In this document: in pieces, positions 1 through 9,015 of the stretch | Layout: each line of letters begins with the position of its first letter | How positions within the stretch are numbered: the first letter of the stretch is position 1 | NCBI RefSeq assembly: GCF_018336915.1 | Contig: NZ_CP064927.1 | Coordinates: forward strand, 60,001 to 92,000 | Direction: 5' to 3' | DNA from: Acaryochloris marina S15 | Lineage (GTDB): Bacteria > Cyanobacteriota > Cyanobacteriia > Thermosynechococcales > Thermosynechococcaceae | Length of the DNA stretch: 32,000 nucleotides | Made by a program: the position numbers and the translations under genes | The notes under the pieces: model-generated | What the model saw: the letters and a program-made list of their open reading frames with translations, nothing else | What the model was told of the DNA's origin: nothing | Databases searched by the model: none

Positions 1-750
1 GGCAAAGACTCGCTCAATGGTATTGAATCTTTCTTGGAAGATGGATGAATCGAACAGCCTTTTTGGACCTGGCTTTGGCGTCTTTCTCCCCCGAAGATTT
101 TCATTGATATTTGGCACCATCCTTCGATTGAAAATGGCCTTGCGATTCTCACGACTATCGTACACGCCATCCAAGCTGACGACAGTCCCAATCAAGTCTA
201 TACCTATGGTTCGGGCTGTACTCATTACTTGCGTCAGTGCCGTTTTGAATAGAGGTGACTCGTTCCGGTTACCAGGAGCAGTGATAAAGGGAGAGATCAC
301 ATTGCAATTGCGATCACAAAAGGCAACCACTTTGTCACCCTTCATGTGCTTGTGTCCACTGAATCCCAGATTGTCGCCCCCTTTCTTGGCTGCAGTGGTT
401 GTCCCATCTCCATGAATAATGCTGGCATCCAACTTTCCTTTTTCATTAAGCATTGAGACTGACGCCTTGAAAATGTCTTCAAAACACCCATGGGTTTCAT
501 AGCGTCGAAAGGCTCGATAAACACTGGAGTGGTTAATTTCCGGTCGCCCATTTTTGTCCTTTTCAATGGGTAGCTCACTCCACTGACATCCCAAGTGCAG
601 CAACTTCAAAATGTAGTTGAAGATGGCATGCAAAGAGAGCTTTGGTTGAGGTCCCCGAGTGCCGATGTGCAAATGGGGTAAGACAAATGTCTCAAACTGC
701 TCAAGGGTTAAGAATGTTGGAATCCATTTATAGGGCTTAGTTTGAGGCAT
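1..750 (-). CDS. IS4/IS5-superfamily DDE transposase, first 250 codons (gene runs off the window start)
   Basis: Absent from the supplied ORF track because no stop lies inside the window. The reverse-strand ATG at 750 opens an uninterrupted 250-codon frame to position 1 (MPQTKPYKWIPTFLTLEQFETFVLPHLH...IIHGDGTTTAAKKGG...VVSLDGVYDSRENR...FNTIERVFA). The DG/LDG/ER spacing is that of DDE_Tnp_1-type IS4/IS5 enzymes. Confidence 0.8.
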   Translation of the reverse strand, partial: MPQTKPYKWIPTFLTLEQFETFVLPHLHIGTRGPQPKLSLHAIFNYILKLLHLGCQWSELPIEKDKNGRPEINHSSVYRAFRRYETHGCFEDIFKASVSMLNEKGKLDASIIHGDGTTTAAKKGGDNLGFSGHKHMKGDKVVAFCDRNCNVISPFITAPGNRNESPLFKTALTQVMSTARTIGIDLIGTVVSLDGVYDSRENRKAIFNRRMVPNINENLRGRKTPKPGPKRLFDSSIFQERFNTIERVFA

Positions 751-965
751 CTGCACTCCTAACGAACGGTAAACTAAATGACTGGCGTCATTTTAGTCTG
801 CAACGATAGAAGGCTATGCAGGGAAGGGTTTTAGGTGATCTGAACCATGGAGTAAAACCCGAAATGAGTTGCCAAATGCCAAGGAACCAGTGTAATTTTT
901 CCTAAAAAGAGAGAATAGCACGGTAGAGCTAGACTTGAGTACAGTCATTCTTTTTTCTAAGGAAA

Positions 966-2285
966 TTGCGGGATATGTCACTTAGGAGATTCTCTAAAGG
1001 AATAGTGGTGTTAGTCGTTCTGACAACGGGGCTATGCAACTCAGTGGGGAGAAAGGATGCAGTTGTGCTGGCAAGTCCAGCTAGTGAGGATTCTACACAT
1101 CTAGCACAATCAGAGCAGCCCCAAGTGGATGGAGGCTATGCAGAAGCCCTGCGTCAAATTCGAGTGGCGAAAGAGACACAAGCAACTGAACTAGATTTGG
1201 CGTTCCTATCACTGACTCAACTGCCACCAGAAATCGGACAGCTTACCAATCTGCAATGGCTATCCCTCTCGAGCAACCAACTGACCCAACTGCCACCAGA
1301 AATCGGACAGCTTACCAAGCTGCAATGGCTAACCTTCTCGGGTAACCAACTGACCCAACTGCCACCAGAAATCGGACAGCTTACCAAGCTGCAATGGCTA
1401 TCCCTCTCGAGCAACCAACTGACCCAACTGCCACCAGAAATCGGACAGCTTACCAAGCTGCAATGGCTAGGACTTTGGAAAAATAAACTGACCCAACTGC
1501 CACCAGAAATCGGACAGCTTGCCAATCTGCAATGGCTAGGACTCTGGAAAAATAAACTGACCCAACTGCCACCAGAAGTCATACAGCTTACCAATCTGCA
1601 ATGGCTAGGACTCTCGGAAAATAAACTGACCCAACTGCCACCAGAAATCGTAAAGCTTGCCAATCTGCAAAGGCTAGAACTCTCGGAAAATAAATTGACC
1701 CAACTGCCACCAGAAATCGTAAAGCTTGCCAATCTGCAATGGCTAGGACTCTCGGAAAATAAACTGACCCAACTGCCACCAGAAATCGGACAGCTTACCA
1801 ATCTGAAAGAGCTATACCTCGAGAAAAATAAACTGACCCAACTACCACCAGAAGTCGTACAGCTTACCAATCTGCAAACGCTATCCCTCTCGAGCAACCA
1901 ACTGACCCAACTGCCACCAGAAATCGTAAAGCTTACCAATCTGCAAACGCTATTCCTCTCGTACAACCAACTGACCCAACTACCACCAGAAATCGGACAG
2001 CTTACCAATCTGCAATGGCTATCCCTCCAGTTCAATCAACTGACCCAACTGCCACCAGAAATCGTAAAGCTTACCAATCTGCTATCGCTAGAACTCTCGG
2101 GCAACAAACTGACCCAACTGCCACTAGAAATCGTAAAGCTTACCAATCTGCAAACGCTATTCCTCTCGAAAAATAAACTGAGTAGCCTGCCAATAGAGAT
2201 AGAAAAGCTGCGTCGATCAACAAAGATAATTGTGGAGGGCAACCCATTACCCCCTGACGTTCTTGAACAATATAAACCGCGTTGA
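966..2285 (+). CDS. secreted leucine-rich-repeat (LRR) protein
   Basis: 439-aa ORF with TTG at 966. The first ATG at 975 gives MSLRRFSKGIVVLVVLTTGLC, a signal-peptide-like N-terminus. It is followed by 14 near-identical and 1 degenerate 23-aa units LTQLPPEIGQLTNLQWLSLSSNQ, matching the LxxLPxxIxxLxNLxxLxLxxN LRR consensus. Confidence 0.9.
   Translation: MRDMSLRRFSKGIVVLVVLTTGLCNSVGRKDAVVLASPASEDSTHLAQSEQPQVDGGYAEALRQIRVAKETQATELDLAFLSLTQLPPEIGQLTNLQWLSLSSNQLTQLPPEIGQLTKLQWLTFSGNQLTQLPPEIGQLTKLQWLSLSSNQLTQLPPEIGQLTKLQWLGLWKNKLTQLPPEIGQLANLQWLGLWKNKLTQLPPEVIQLTNLQWLGLSENKLTQLPPEIVKLANLQRLELSENKLTQLPPEIVKLANLQWLGLSENKLTQLPPEIGQLTNLKELYLEKNKLTQLPPEVVQLTNLQTLSLSSNQLTQLPPEIVKLTNLQTLFLSYNQLTQLPPEIGQLTNLQWLSLQFNQLTQLPPEIVKLTNLLSLELSGNKLTQLPLEIVKLTNLQTLFLSKNKLSSLPIEIEKLRRSTKIIVEGNPLPPDVLEQYKPR
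1212..2246 (+). repeat. 15 x 69-bp tandem coding repeat (LRR units)
   Basis: CTGACCCAACTGCCACCAGAAATCG recurs with an exact 69-bp period (1212, 1281, 1350 ... 2178) and stays in frame with the LRR ORF. Confidence 0.95.
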
Positions 2286-2536
2286 TTTTTGTTTAGGGAA
2301 CTGCTTTTTAAGAAATTACCTTGGTCTATAGCTCGAATGCTAGATTGAGCAAATCGGAGAATAGAAAGTATCAAAGGTTTAGAGTTTTTCTGTTGTAAAC
2401 CTATCCAAGAAAAGATTTCAAGCTTTTTAGACTGTATTTTTATTGCGAAGTTATTACGCGAACGACAAGTCTTATATTCACAAACCCTATAATGACTACC
2501 TAGTAAGGGTTTAGGTGCTATGATCAGTTTTTGCGC

Positions 2537-2554
2537 GAATCGTTGTCATACCCC
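2537..2554. repeat. orphan terminal inverted repeat matching the IS6-like element end at 23167
   Basis: GAATCGTTGTCATACCCC is the exact reverse complement of GGGGTATGACAACGATTC at 23167-23184. That site lies 119 bp upstream of an IS6-type transposase fragment. Confidence 0.5.
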
Positions 2555-2642
2555 ACTTTCTTTCGTCCAGGGAAGATCGGAGTGATCCAGTGATGCTGTG
2601 GAATTTTAGAAGAAAATAGTTATTGATTAACTCCAAATAACA

Positions 2643-2860
2643 GTTAGTGTCCCTATTTATTCGCCACGGCTTTTGAGTCGATCATGCTTGGCATGATCCC
2701 TGCGTGAGACGAGAAAGAATATTACTAAACAGCTCTCCTCATTTGGGAAAGCATCACTTTTATCAGCCATATTTCTGAAGTTCTGGAATAGCAGTTCGAG
2801 TGCATTAAAGGTACGAATCAGCGAATAGATGGATTCATCAAAATCATAGAAGCTCAATCC
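2643..2860 (-). pseudogene. IS256-family transposase, C-terminal remnant with terminal inverted repeat
   Basis: ORF 2657-2857 (FYDFDESIYSLIRTFNALELLF...AFPNEESCLVIFFLVSRRDHAKHDR) aligns with the last ~66 aa of the intact transposase at 3828-5141. It is preceded by the IS terminus GTTAGTGTCCCTATTTATTCGCC (2643-2665). The rest of the gene is absent. Confidence 0.8.
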
Positions 2861-2956
2861 TTGAACCAGTAACGATTTTATTCATAGCAGCAATAACAAT
2901 CAAATTAGCTAGATGAGAAACATGCATACTGTAATCGTGCTAACGCGAAAAGTAAT

Positions 2957-3787
2957 ATGGGGCCTGTTGAAAAAGCACTCTGGTTTATTGAAAGCCACTT
3001 CAATAAAAAACTAACATTATCGGCTATTGCAAACGCAAGTGATGTCTCTCGCTATCACTTGACACGAGTGTTTGGTATCGCAACGGGATATTCCGTAATG
3101 CGGTATGTCCGTAGTCGACGTTTGACTGAAGCCGCCCGTGCGCTCGCTGTTGGTGCTCCTGATATTCTTGCTGTAGCACTCGATGCGGGCTACAGCTCTC
3201 ATGAAGCTTTTACGCGGGCCTTCTGTGCTCAATTCGGTATCATGCCCAAGCAAGTTCGCGCAAAGCGTCATCTCGACTCAATTCAGATGGTGGAGCCTAT
3301 TGTAATGAATGAAAATCTGATTGTTAAGCTCGAATCCCCGTACATTACATATGCTGATACTTTCCTCATCGCTGGACTAAGGGATCGTTATACATTTGAA
3401 ACTAATCACGGCATTCCTCTGCTGTGGCAATGCTTTGGACCCTATATAGGACATATCCCAGGGCAGGTTGGAACAGTGACCTATGGAGTATGTTGCAATA
3501 GTGATGGTGCAGGAAACTTTGACTATATTGCCAGTGTAGAAGTTTCCTACTTAGCAGACCTTCCTGATGACTTCAACTACGTACAAATTCCTGCACACAA
3601 ATACGCTGTGTTTTCTCACCGAAATCATATTTCTACCATTCGTAATACTGTTTATACCATTTGGAATCAATGGTTACCCCAATCAATATACAATCCATCC
3701 GAAGCACCGGAGTTCGAGCGCTATGATGAGCGTTTCGATCCTCAACTAGGAACAGGTGTGGTAGAGATTTGGGTACCCATAAATTAA
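2957..3787 (+). CDS. AraC/XylS-family transcriptional regulator with GyrI-like (Rob-type) effector-binding domain
   Basis: N-terminal double HTH (LTLSAIANASDVSRYHLTRVF ... GYSSHEAFTRAFCAQFGIMPKQVR). The C-terminal ~150 aa end in EFERYDERFDP...VEIWVPI, typical of GyrI-like ligand-binding modules. Confidence 0.85.
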   Translation: MGPVEKALWFIESHFNKKLTLSAIANASDVSRYHLTRVFGIATGYSVMRYVRSRRLTEAARALAVGAPDILAVALDAGYSSHEAFTRAFCAQFGIMPKQVRAKRHLDSIQMVEPIVMNENLIVKLESPYITYADTFLIAGLRDRYTFETNHGIPLLWQCFGPYIGHIPGQVGTVTYGVCCNSDGAGNFDYIASVEVSYLADLPDDFNYVQIPAHKYAVFSHRNHISTIRNTVYTIWNQWLPQSIYNPSEAPEFERYDERFDPQLGTGVVEIWVPIN

Positions 3788-3813
3788 ATCTAAATGGGTT
3801 CTCCAGGAATTAG

Positions 3814-5188
3814 GTTAGTGTCCTGATTTATTCACGATGCTTTTTGAAGCGATCATGCTTGGCATGATCCCTACGAGAGACGAGGAAGAAAATCGCTAAA
3901 CAGCTCTCCTCATTGGGGAAAGCACCAATTTCATCAGCTTTGGTTCGGAATTCCCGGAACAGCCTTTCTAGGGCATTGGAAGTACGAATCAGCGAATGAA
4001 GGGATTCATCAAAATCATAGAAACTCAAGGTCAGGGCAAAATCTTTGATAAAGGTTCTGACCGCATCGGGTTCAAGGTCTGTCCATTTCTGTGCAAACAC
4101 GAGCAACATCACAATCGCTTCTTCCCAGTCTGGCGCTTTATAGATAGCATAGGCATCGTGTTTAATTTGTGAATATCGCAGCTTCTTGGCTTCAGAGTGG
4201 GACAGTTCTTGTCCTTGAGCATCCAGGTGTGGCAATTGCTCATATCCCAAATGCCGGAGCATCGCTCGAACCTTATGAGTAATGCATCGCTGATGTTGTG
4301 CGAGGGGAAACAGAGCACGAATCACCTTAGGCAACCCAGTCGTGCCATCACTGACAATCAATTTCACCGAATAGGGTTGCAATCCCCGTTGCCACAGATG
4401 CGCAAAGAACAGTAACCAAGCTGCCTCCGATTCTTGCGTCGCCATTTCATAATGAAGCACCGTTTGGGTGCCATCGGGCCACACTGCCATAGCGACTAGA
4501 ATGACTCGGTCTTCCGCATGACGTAGTTTCCGGATATGCCCAGCTTGGTCTTCCCAAAAGTCTTCTGAGGAACACTGAACACTAGCCCAAACACCATCGA
4601 CAATCAGAATAGGAGGGGTTTCCTCAAGACGAGTCTGACGGCTTTGAAACATTTGCTTCTGAGCTTTTAGCGTAATTCGGTTAATGGCATTAACGGATAA
4701 GACTGCTCCTAGAATCTCATAGAGAGCTTCTTGCAGATCCCGAAGCGATAACCCCATAACGTACAAGCCGAGGCAAAAATCGAGGAGACTACCGAGAGCT
4801 CGTTGGTAACGTTCTAAAATCTGCCACTCTCGGTCTGCATTCCCTTTCCGTAGCTTAGGGACAGACAGCTGAGCAATACGGCCGTATTGAGTATCGAGGA
4901 CCCGTTGATAGTAGCCTGAACGTCGAGGTCGATCCCCTTGAACCTCTGATAGATAAGCTTGAACTTCTTCGTCTAGTGCTGACTCTACTGCGTTCTGGGT
5001 GACTCGGTTTGCTTCAAGGCGAAGGGTTGCTTCTAGGGCTTTGTTAATAGAGGCATAGGAACTTTGAGACTGAATACGGATAATCCGCTGCTCGCGTTGG
5101 GCAATGTTCATCAAGGAATGCTCTGAATTATCTATTACCAAAGCATTTCAGCTATCTCAGCTCATGGCGAATAAATCGGGACACTAAC
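3814..5188 (-). mobile_element. IS256-family insertion sequence, apparently intact (1375 bp)
   Basis: Terminal inverted repeats are GTTAGTGTCCTGATTTATTCACG (3814-3836) and the reverse complement GTTAGTGTCCCGATTTATTCGCC (5166-5188). They enclose a single 437-aa transposase ORF. Confidence 0.85.
3828..5141 (-). CDS. IS256-family (Mutator-type) transposase
   Basis: 437-aa ORF with TTG at 5141; the first ATG at 5111 gives MNIAQREQ. It has a typical IS256 layout with ...ILIVDGVWASV... (D1), ...KLIVSDGTTGLPKVI... (D2), QRCITHKVRA and a C-terminal SLIRTSNALERLFREFRTKAD motif. Confidence 0.9.
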   Translation of the reverse strand: MVIDNSEHSLMNIAQREQRIIRIQSQSSYASINKALEATLRLEANRVTQNAVESALDEEVQAYLSEVQGDRPRRSGYYQRVLDTQYGRIAQLSVPKLRKGNADREWQILERYQRALGSLLDFCLGLYVMGLSLRDLQEALYEILGAVLSVNAINRITLKAQKQMFQSRQTRLEETPPILIVDGVWASVQCSSEDFWEDQAGHIRKLRHAEDRVILVAMAVWPDGTQTVLHYEMATQESEAAWLLFFAHLWQRGLQPYSVKLIVSDGTTGLPKVIRALFPLAQHQRCITHKVRAMLRHLGYEQLPHLDAQGQELSHSEAKKLRYSQIKHDAYAIYKAPDWEEAIVMLLVFAQKWTDLEPDAVRTFIKDFALTLSFYDFDESLHSLIRTSNALERLFREFRTKADEIGAFPNEESCLAIFFLVSRRDHAKHDRFKKHRE

Positions 5189-5656
5189 AAATAACAAGTA
5201 TTGCGATCAGGTACTCCATACCAGTATGAGAAAAAAATATCCTGGGAGTCGGACCAAATCTTGGTAGTCTCCCGGTCCACACTTATCTTGATCTATTGAT
5301 GTCTCAAACTTTCTCAGCTAATCGACGCAGATTTTTAGTCTTGTTGAAATATACGGGATTAGGAACTCTAGGTTCAGTGATCGCTCACTCTCTTCATTCT
5401 TGTGAAGATATAACTACCCGTCCTTTACCCACATTTTTCCCAGAGTTATTGCCGACTAATGAAATTTTCACGGTTGATGCAAAGGGTAGAATTATCCATC
5501 GGCGTTCACTCCCCCAACTGCAGATTCTCAAAGAAGACCTTGGCAGCAACATAACATTAGAGATGGTGTCCATTCCTGGAGGAACTTTTACTATGGGGTC
5601 TCCTTCACATGAGCTAAAAAGATGGGATATTGAAGGCCCCCAACACGAAGTCACTG

Positions 5657-7140
5657 GGCGTAAGCAAAGGATCGGGGATGCATGGCTCAAAGAAAAACGG
5701 GTCAAGGACAATAGATCCTGTACCCGAACCAAAAAACTATCATGACCCTACCATCGCAATTGCTAACCGTGCTAGCCCATGACGAATTTCTAGAACAAAC
5801 TGAAGCACTCAAAGTATCAACCAGCCTGAGTCAGATGGTTTATATCGTTCTGCAAATGGGCTTGTTTCTAGCTCGCTGTCTTCTGGAGGATGAACTCTCA
5901 AGGCGCGCGAAAGCAGTATTTGTATGGCCTGTATGTACTACCTGCGGAACCCGCTTACATTCGAAGGGATGGGAATCTCGTCAGATGCAGACACTGGTAG
6001 GCACTATCTCTTGAAAGCGACGGGTGGGCCGTTGTCCCAAAGGATGTCCAGGCAGTCTGTTGACTCCCCTGGATCAAGCCATTGGGATTGCCCCCTATCA
6101 GCACAGCAGCGAAGAACTGGTGCGTCTGGGCTGCTTGTTGAGTCTGTTCATGCCCTATGAACTGGCCAGTTGGATGCTGGGTCAGTGGAGTGGTCTATCC
6201 GTGAGTCCATCCAGTTTGTGGAACTGGGTGCAATCCGTGGGTAACAAAGCTCAGCAGGAATTAGAAGCTCAACTCAACGCTCAATCATCAGGGACTCAGG
6301 CCCCTTGTGAAGCGATTTCAGAGATGTTATCTGCTCTACCTTTGGCCATTGCCGCCGATGGTGTGATGGTCCCCTTTCGCCCCACCCCGAACTCACCCAA
6401 GGGAAAAATCCAGTGGCGAGAAGTCAAAGTCGCCATCTTAGCTCGCCTGGGAACACGGGTTACCCGAGCTAAAAAGGAGGTCCCCCAATTACTGCGTCGA
6501 AGACTGGTGGCAGTATTGGGCGATATCGACCAGTTCATCCCTTTACTTCAACTCGAAGCTCACAAACAAGACTTTGAATCTGCTCCAAAAGTCATCTGGC
6601 TCAGTGATGGGGGACGAGGCTTCTGGCGAGTCTATCGCACCTTGTTCTCTCATTGTGCTGTGGCAGTCCTCGACTTTTTTCATTCAGCAGGCCATCTGGC
6701 ACGAGCAACTAAAGCGATGTTTGGAGATGCCCGCTCTGCTCAAGCCCAAGCCTGGTTCCGGCACTGGCGACACCAATTGCGACACGGGCAACACCTACTT
6801 GTATTACGGTCCTTGACGATATTGATTCACTCACAACTGTTAACGGGAAAGTCTTTTTCAACGTTGCTCCAGGTGCAGGCTTATTTCCAACGCCATCATA
6901 ACCACATCCGTTATCGGCACTTTGAACAGCAACAGATTCCTCTCGGGTCAGGAATGGTTGAAAGTGCATGCAAGTGGTTGATTCAGCAGCGCTTTAAGGG
7001 AGTTGGCATGCGCTGGAGTGAGGATGGTTTCAACCATTTACTGATCTTGAGAATTGCCTGGGTCAATGAACGGTTTGACTCCTTATTCCCAGAGGTGACC
7101 ATTCCGAAAACTAAGGCATCCCCGATCCGCTAAATACGCC
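5657..7140 (+). mobile_element. ISKra4-like insertion sequence (1484 bp) inside the FGE-sulfatase gene
   Basis: Imperfect terminal inverted repeats are GGCGTAAGCAAAGGATCGGGG (5657-5677) and the reverse complement GGCGTATTTAGCGGATCGGGG (7120-7140). The flanking direct repeat is CGAAGTCACTG (5646-5656 / 7141-7151), and there is a single transposase frame inside. Confidence 0.8.
5742..7133 (+). pseudogene. DDE transposase (ISKra4-like) with one in-frame TGA
   Basis: ORFs 5742-6014 and 6024-7133 are in the same frame and are separated only by TGA at 6012-6014 (..LVGTIS*KRRVGRCPKGC..). Motifs present: CTTCG...C..GC zinc-like N-terminus, AADGVMVPF...WREVKV, WLSDGGRGFW, and GSGMVESACKWLIQQRFKGVGMRWS. 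The family assignment is from memory of this motif pattern. Confidence 0.7.
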
Positions 7141-7918
7141 CGAAGTCACTGTTCCCTCGTTTTACCTGGGCAGATATCCAGTGACCCAGGCCCAGTGGAA
7201 AGCCATCATGAGGACTAACCCTTCTAACTCTAAAGGTGCTAATCGGCCTGTAGAGCGGGTTTCTTGGAATGATGCCACTGAATTCTGCCAAAAGCTCTCT
7301 CAGAAAAGCGGTAAACTCTATCGGCTGCCAAGTGAAGCAGAATGGGAATATGCTTGTCGAGCTGGAACAATCACTCCTTTCCATTGTGGTGAGACCATCA
7401 CCCTAGATTTAGCGAATTACTACCCTTCTAGAGGTTATGCCTCTGGCCCAAAAGGACACTCTCTGAAAACGACCACAGACGTCGGCAGATTTCCCCCTAA
7501 TGCCTTTGGTTTACATGACATGCATGGAAATGTAACTGAATGGTGTCAAGATACTTTGCATAAAAACTATGAAGGTGCCCCCACTGATGGAAGTGCTTGG
7601 GAGGATAACTATTACTACGAAAGAATGCGGAGAGGAGGCTCCTGGCTCAGCAACTCGGATGGCTGCCGTTCAGCAACTCGCTCTTGGCTCAAACCATACG
7701 ATAGTGAAAACAACACCATTGGCTTTCGGGTTGCCTTAGTCGCATCCTAAGAATTCCGTTTGAAATTCATGAGCTTAGTTTTGAGGCAGCATTTGAGCTA
7801 AAAGATACGTTTGATGTGTCACAGGTGGTCGAGTTGCCGACTGGAGCGGATAGAGCGTATTGATGAGATGGTTTTGGTGTACCTGAATCGATAGAGAGTG
7901 GCGAGGTTTGAGGGGTGA

Positions 7919-8545
7919 ATGAAGAGTGGCCGGATGTATAGGTACGGTTGTGTTTTGGGAGTTGTAGTTATGACTGCTGTGGAATTGTTGGAGCGTTATG
8001 CTGCTGGGGAGAGAGATTTCAGTGGAATTAGTCTCCGAGGGGCTAATCTGATTAGAGCTAACTTACAAAGGATAAATTTGTCTAATGCCAAGTTGGGGCG
8101 AACTTTGCTCATTGCGGCTAATTTGAGTGACTCCAATTTGGAAGGCATCAACTTGGAAGGAGCCGATTTGACTCGTGCCAACCTGAATCGGGCTAGCCTG
8201 ACTAATGCTGTTGTTAATGGAGACGCCATTGGAACTTTCTTCGAGCAAGCTAATTTGTCTAATGCTCGGATGTTTAGAGCGACTTTGGATGGCGCCACCT
8301 TTTTTCAAGCTAATTTGCACAGGGCGAATCTGGCTTGTACTAGTTTGATTGGGACTCGATTCTTGCATGCTAATTTGCGAGATGCCGATCTCCAAGAAGC
8401 CAGAGGGGTTGCTGACTTCACTGAAGCCGATCTCTTGAATACTATCCCTGACCATCCTGCTGAGATGAAAGATTTCGAGAAAAGATTGGGCACTTCCATT
8501 TTTTATCGAACTATTATGCCCAATGGAACAATTCGTAGTACCTAA
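7919..8545 (+). CDS. pentapeptide-repeat protein
   Basis: ANLIRANLQRINLSNAKLGRTLLIAANLSDSNLEGINLEGADLTRANLNRASL..., the A(D/N)LxX pentapeptide consensus, runs for ~150 aa. GAGG lies 5 nt upstream of ATG 7919. An alternative ATG at 7970 gives MTAVELLERYAAGERDFSG. Confidence 0.9.
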   Translation: MKSGRMYRYGCVLGVVVMTAVELLERYAAGERDFSGISLRGANLIRANLQRINLSNAKLGRTLLIAANLSDSNLEGINLEGADLTRANLNRASLTNAVVNGDAIGTFFEQANLSNARMFRATLDGATFFQANLHRANLACTSLIGTRFLHANLRDADLQEARGVADFTEADLLNTIPDHPAEMKDFEKRLGTSIFYRTIMPNGTIRST

Positions 8546-8580
8546 ATTTAGGCGATCTCTGAGAAATAATTTACCAGGCC

Positions 8581-8751
8581 ATGCAGGGAACGATCCGCAC
8601 CTATACGGCCTATACTCTCAACGCTTTCAAAGAGATGGCAACGGCCAACGTCGATAAGGTCACTTTGGAGTTTGGGGTCAAAGTCGCTGGCGAGGGGAGA
8701 GTGCCCTACATCACCAAGGGCAGCGGTGAATGCAACCTCAAAATACTGTGG
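8581..8751 (+). pseudogene. relic of a small trypsin-co-occurring-domain (CU044_2847-like) protein
   Basis: DKVTLEFGVKVAGEGRVPYITKGSGECNLKILW fits the C-terminal pattern (V/L)EFG(L/V)x(L/V)..E.........N.K(V/I)...W that I recall for this family. The N-terminal ~45 aa are missing (TGA at 8560). The frame then continues for 95 low-information codons to 9042 across a HIP1 site. Confidence 0.3.
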
Positions 8752-9015
8752 AGTGTTCCTTTCCTGATCGGGAGGGTTGAAAAGTTTCTCCTGCCCCCTC
8801 AACAACTGACCACGAGCATCTCAGCCCAACATGTCGTATACCTACCTGGGCGATCGCCACTTGGATTGCATTCACCAGGTCCGCTCTACCCCCGACGCCG
8901 CAATCTCCAGCGTCCCTCACCCGAATCGTCTATTGCCTTCGCCCATGATCGACATCATGCGTTCTTTGCTTCTCCCAGTGACGATCTCAAGGTTTTCCCT
9001 TTCTTGCTTTGCAAA

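Larger units (their letters stand above)
2643..5188 (-). mobile_element. IS256-type composite unit carrying the AraC-family gene as passenger
   Basis: The outer termini at 2643-2665 and 5166-5188 are inverted repeats identical at 22/23 positions. They are directly flanked by the same 8 bp, AAATAACA (2635-2642 and 5189-5196). The intact IS at 3814-5188 has no duplication of its own at its left end. Confidence 0.55.
5299..7750 (+). pseudogene. Tat-signal FGE-sulfatase (SUMF1/formylglycine-generating-enzyme fold) domain protein, split by an IS insertion
   Basis: 5299-5655 encodes MSQTFSANRRRFLVLL (twin-arginine-like signal) ... LEMVSIPGGTFTMGSP...GPQHEVT. The same protein resumes at 7151 (VPSFYLGRYPVTQAQWKAIM...RLPSEAEWEYACRAG...HDMHGNVTEWC...RGGSW...IGFRV) and stops at 7750. 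Deleting 5657-7151 restores one continuous frame. Confidence 0.85.

Noticed and set aside
823-846. GAAGGGTTTTAGGTG near the IS5-like transposase start resembles TAAGGGTTTAGGTG at 2506-2519; considered as a pair of IS ends or a MITE
   Set aside because: Only ~13 bp are similar and there is an indel. The true IS terminus cannot be defined because the other end lies outside the window.
1217-2374. Long antisense ORFs (272 aa, 63 aa, 112 aa) across the LRR gene
   Set aside because: They are periodic translations of the reverse strand of a 69-bp repeat (SGGSWVS... repeated). They are open only because the repeat lacks stops in that frame, and they have no independent motif or start context.
4109-4415. 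Small ORFs inside the IS256 transposase, plus 3017-3271 (-) and 3567-3749 (+) inside the AraC gene
   Set aside because: They are nested in, or antisense to, well-supported longer genes and have no motifs.
7620-7750. C-terminus of the FGE-sulfatase protein (RGGSWLSNSDGCRSATRSWLKPYDSENNTIGFRV) resembles the variable-region scaffold of DGR target proteins
   Set aside because: I could find no template repeat (a near-identical ~100-bp copy differing at adenines) and no reverse-transcriptase gene in the window. The resemblance may simply reflect the shared CLec/FGE fold. It could be revisited by searching the whole genome for a TR/RT cassette.
7996-8499. Three antisense ORFs over the pentapeptide-repeat gene
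   Set aside because: These are shadow frames of a low-complexity repeat gene, with no recognisable domain.
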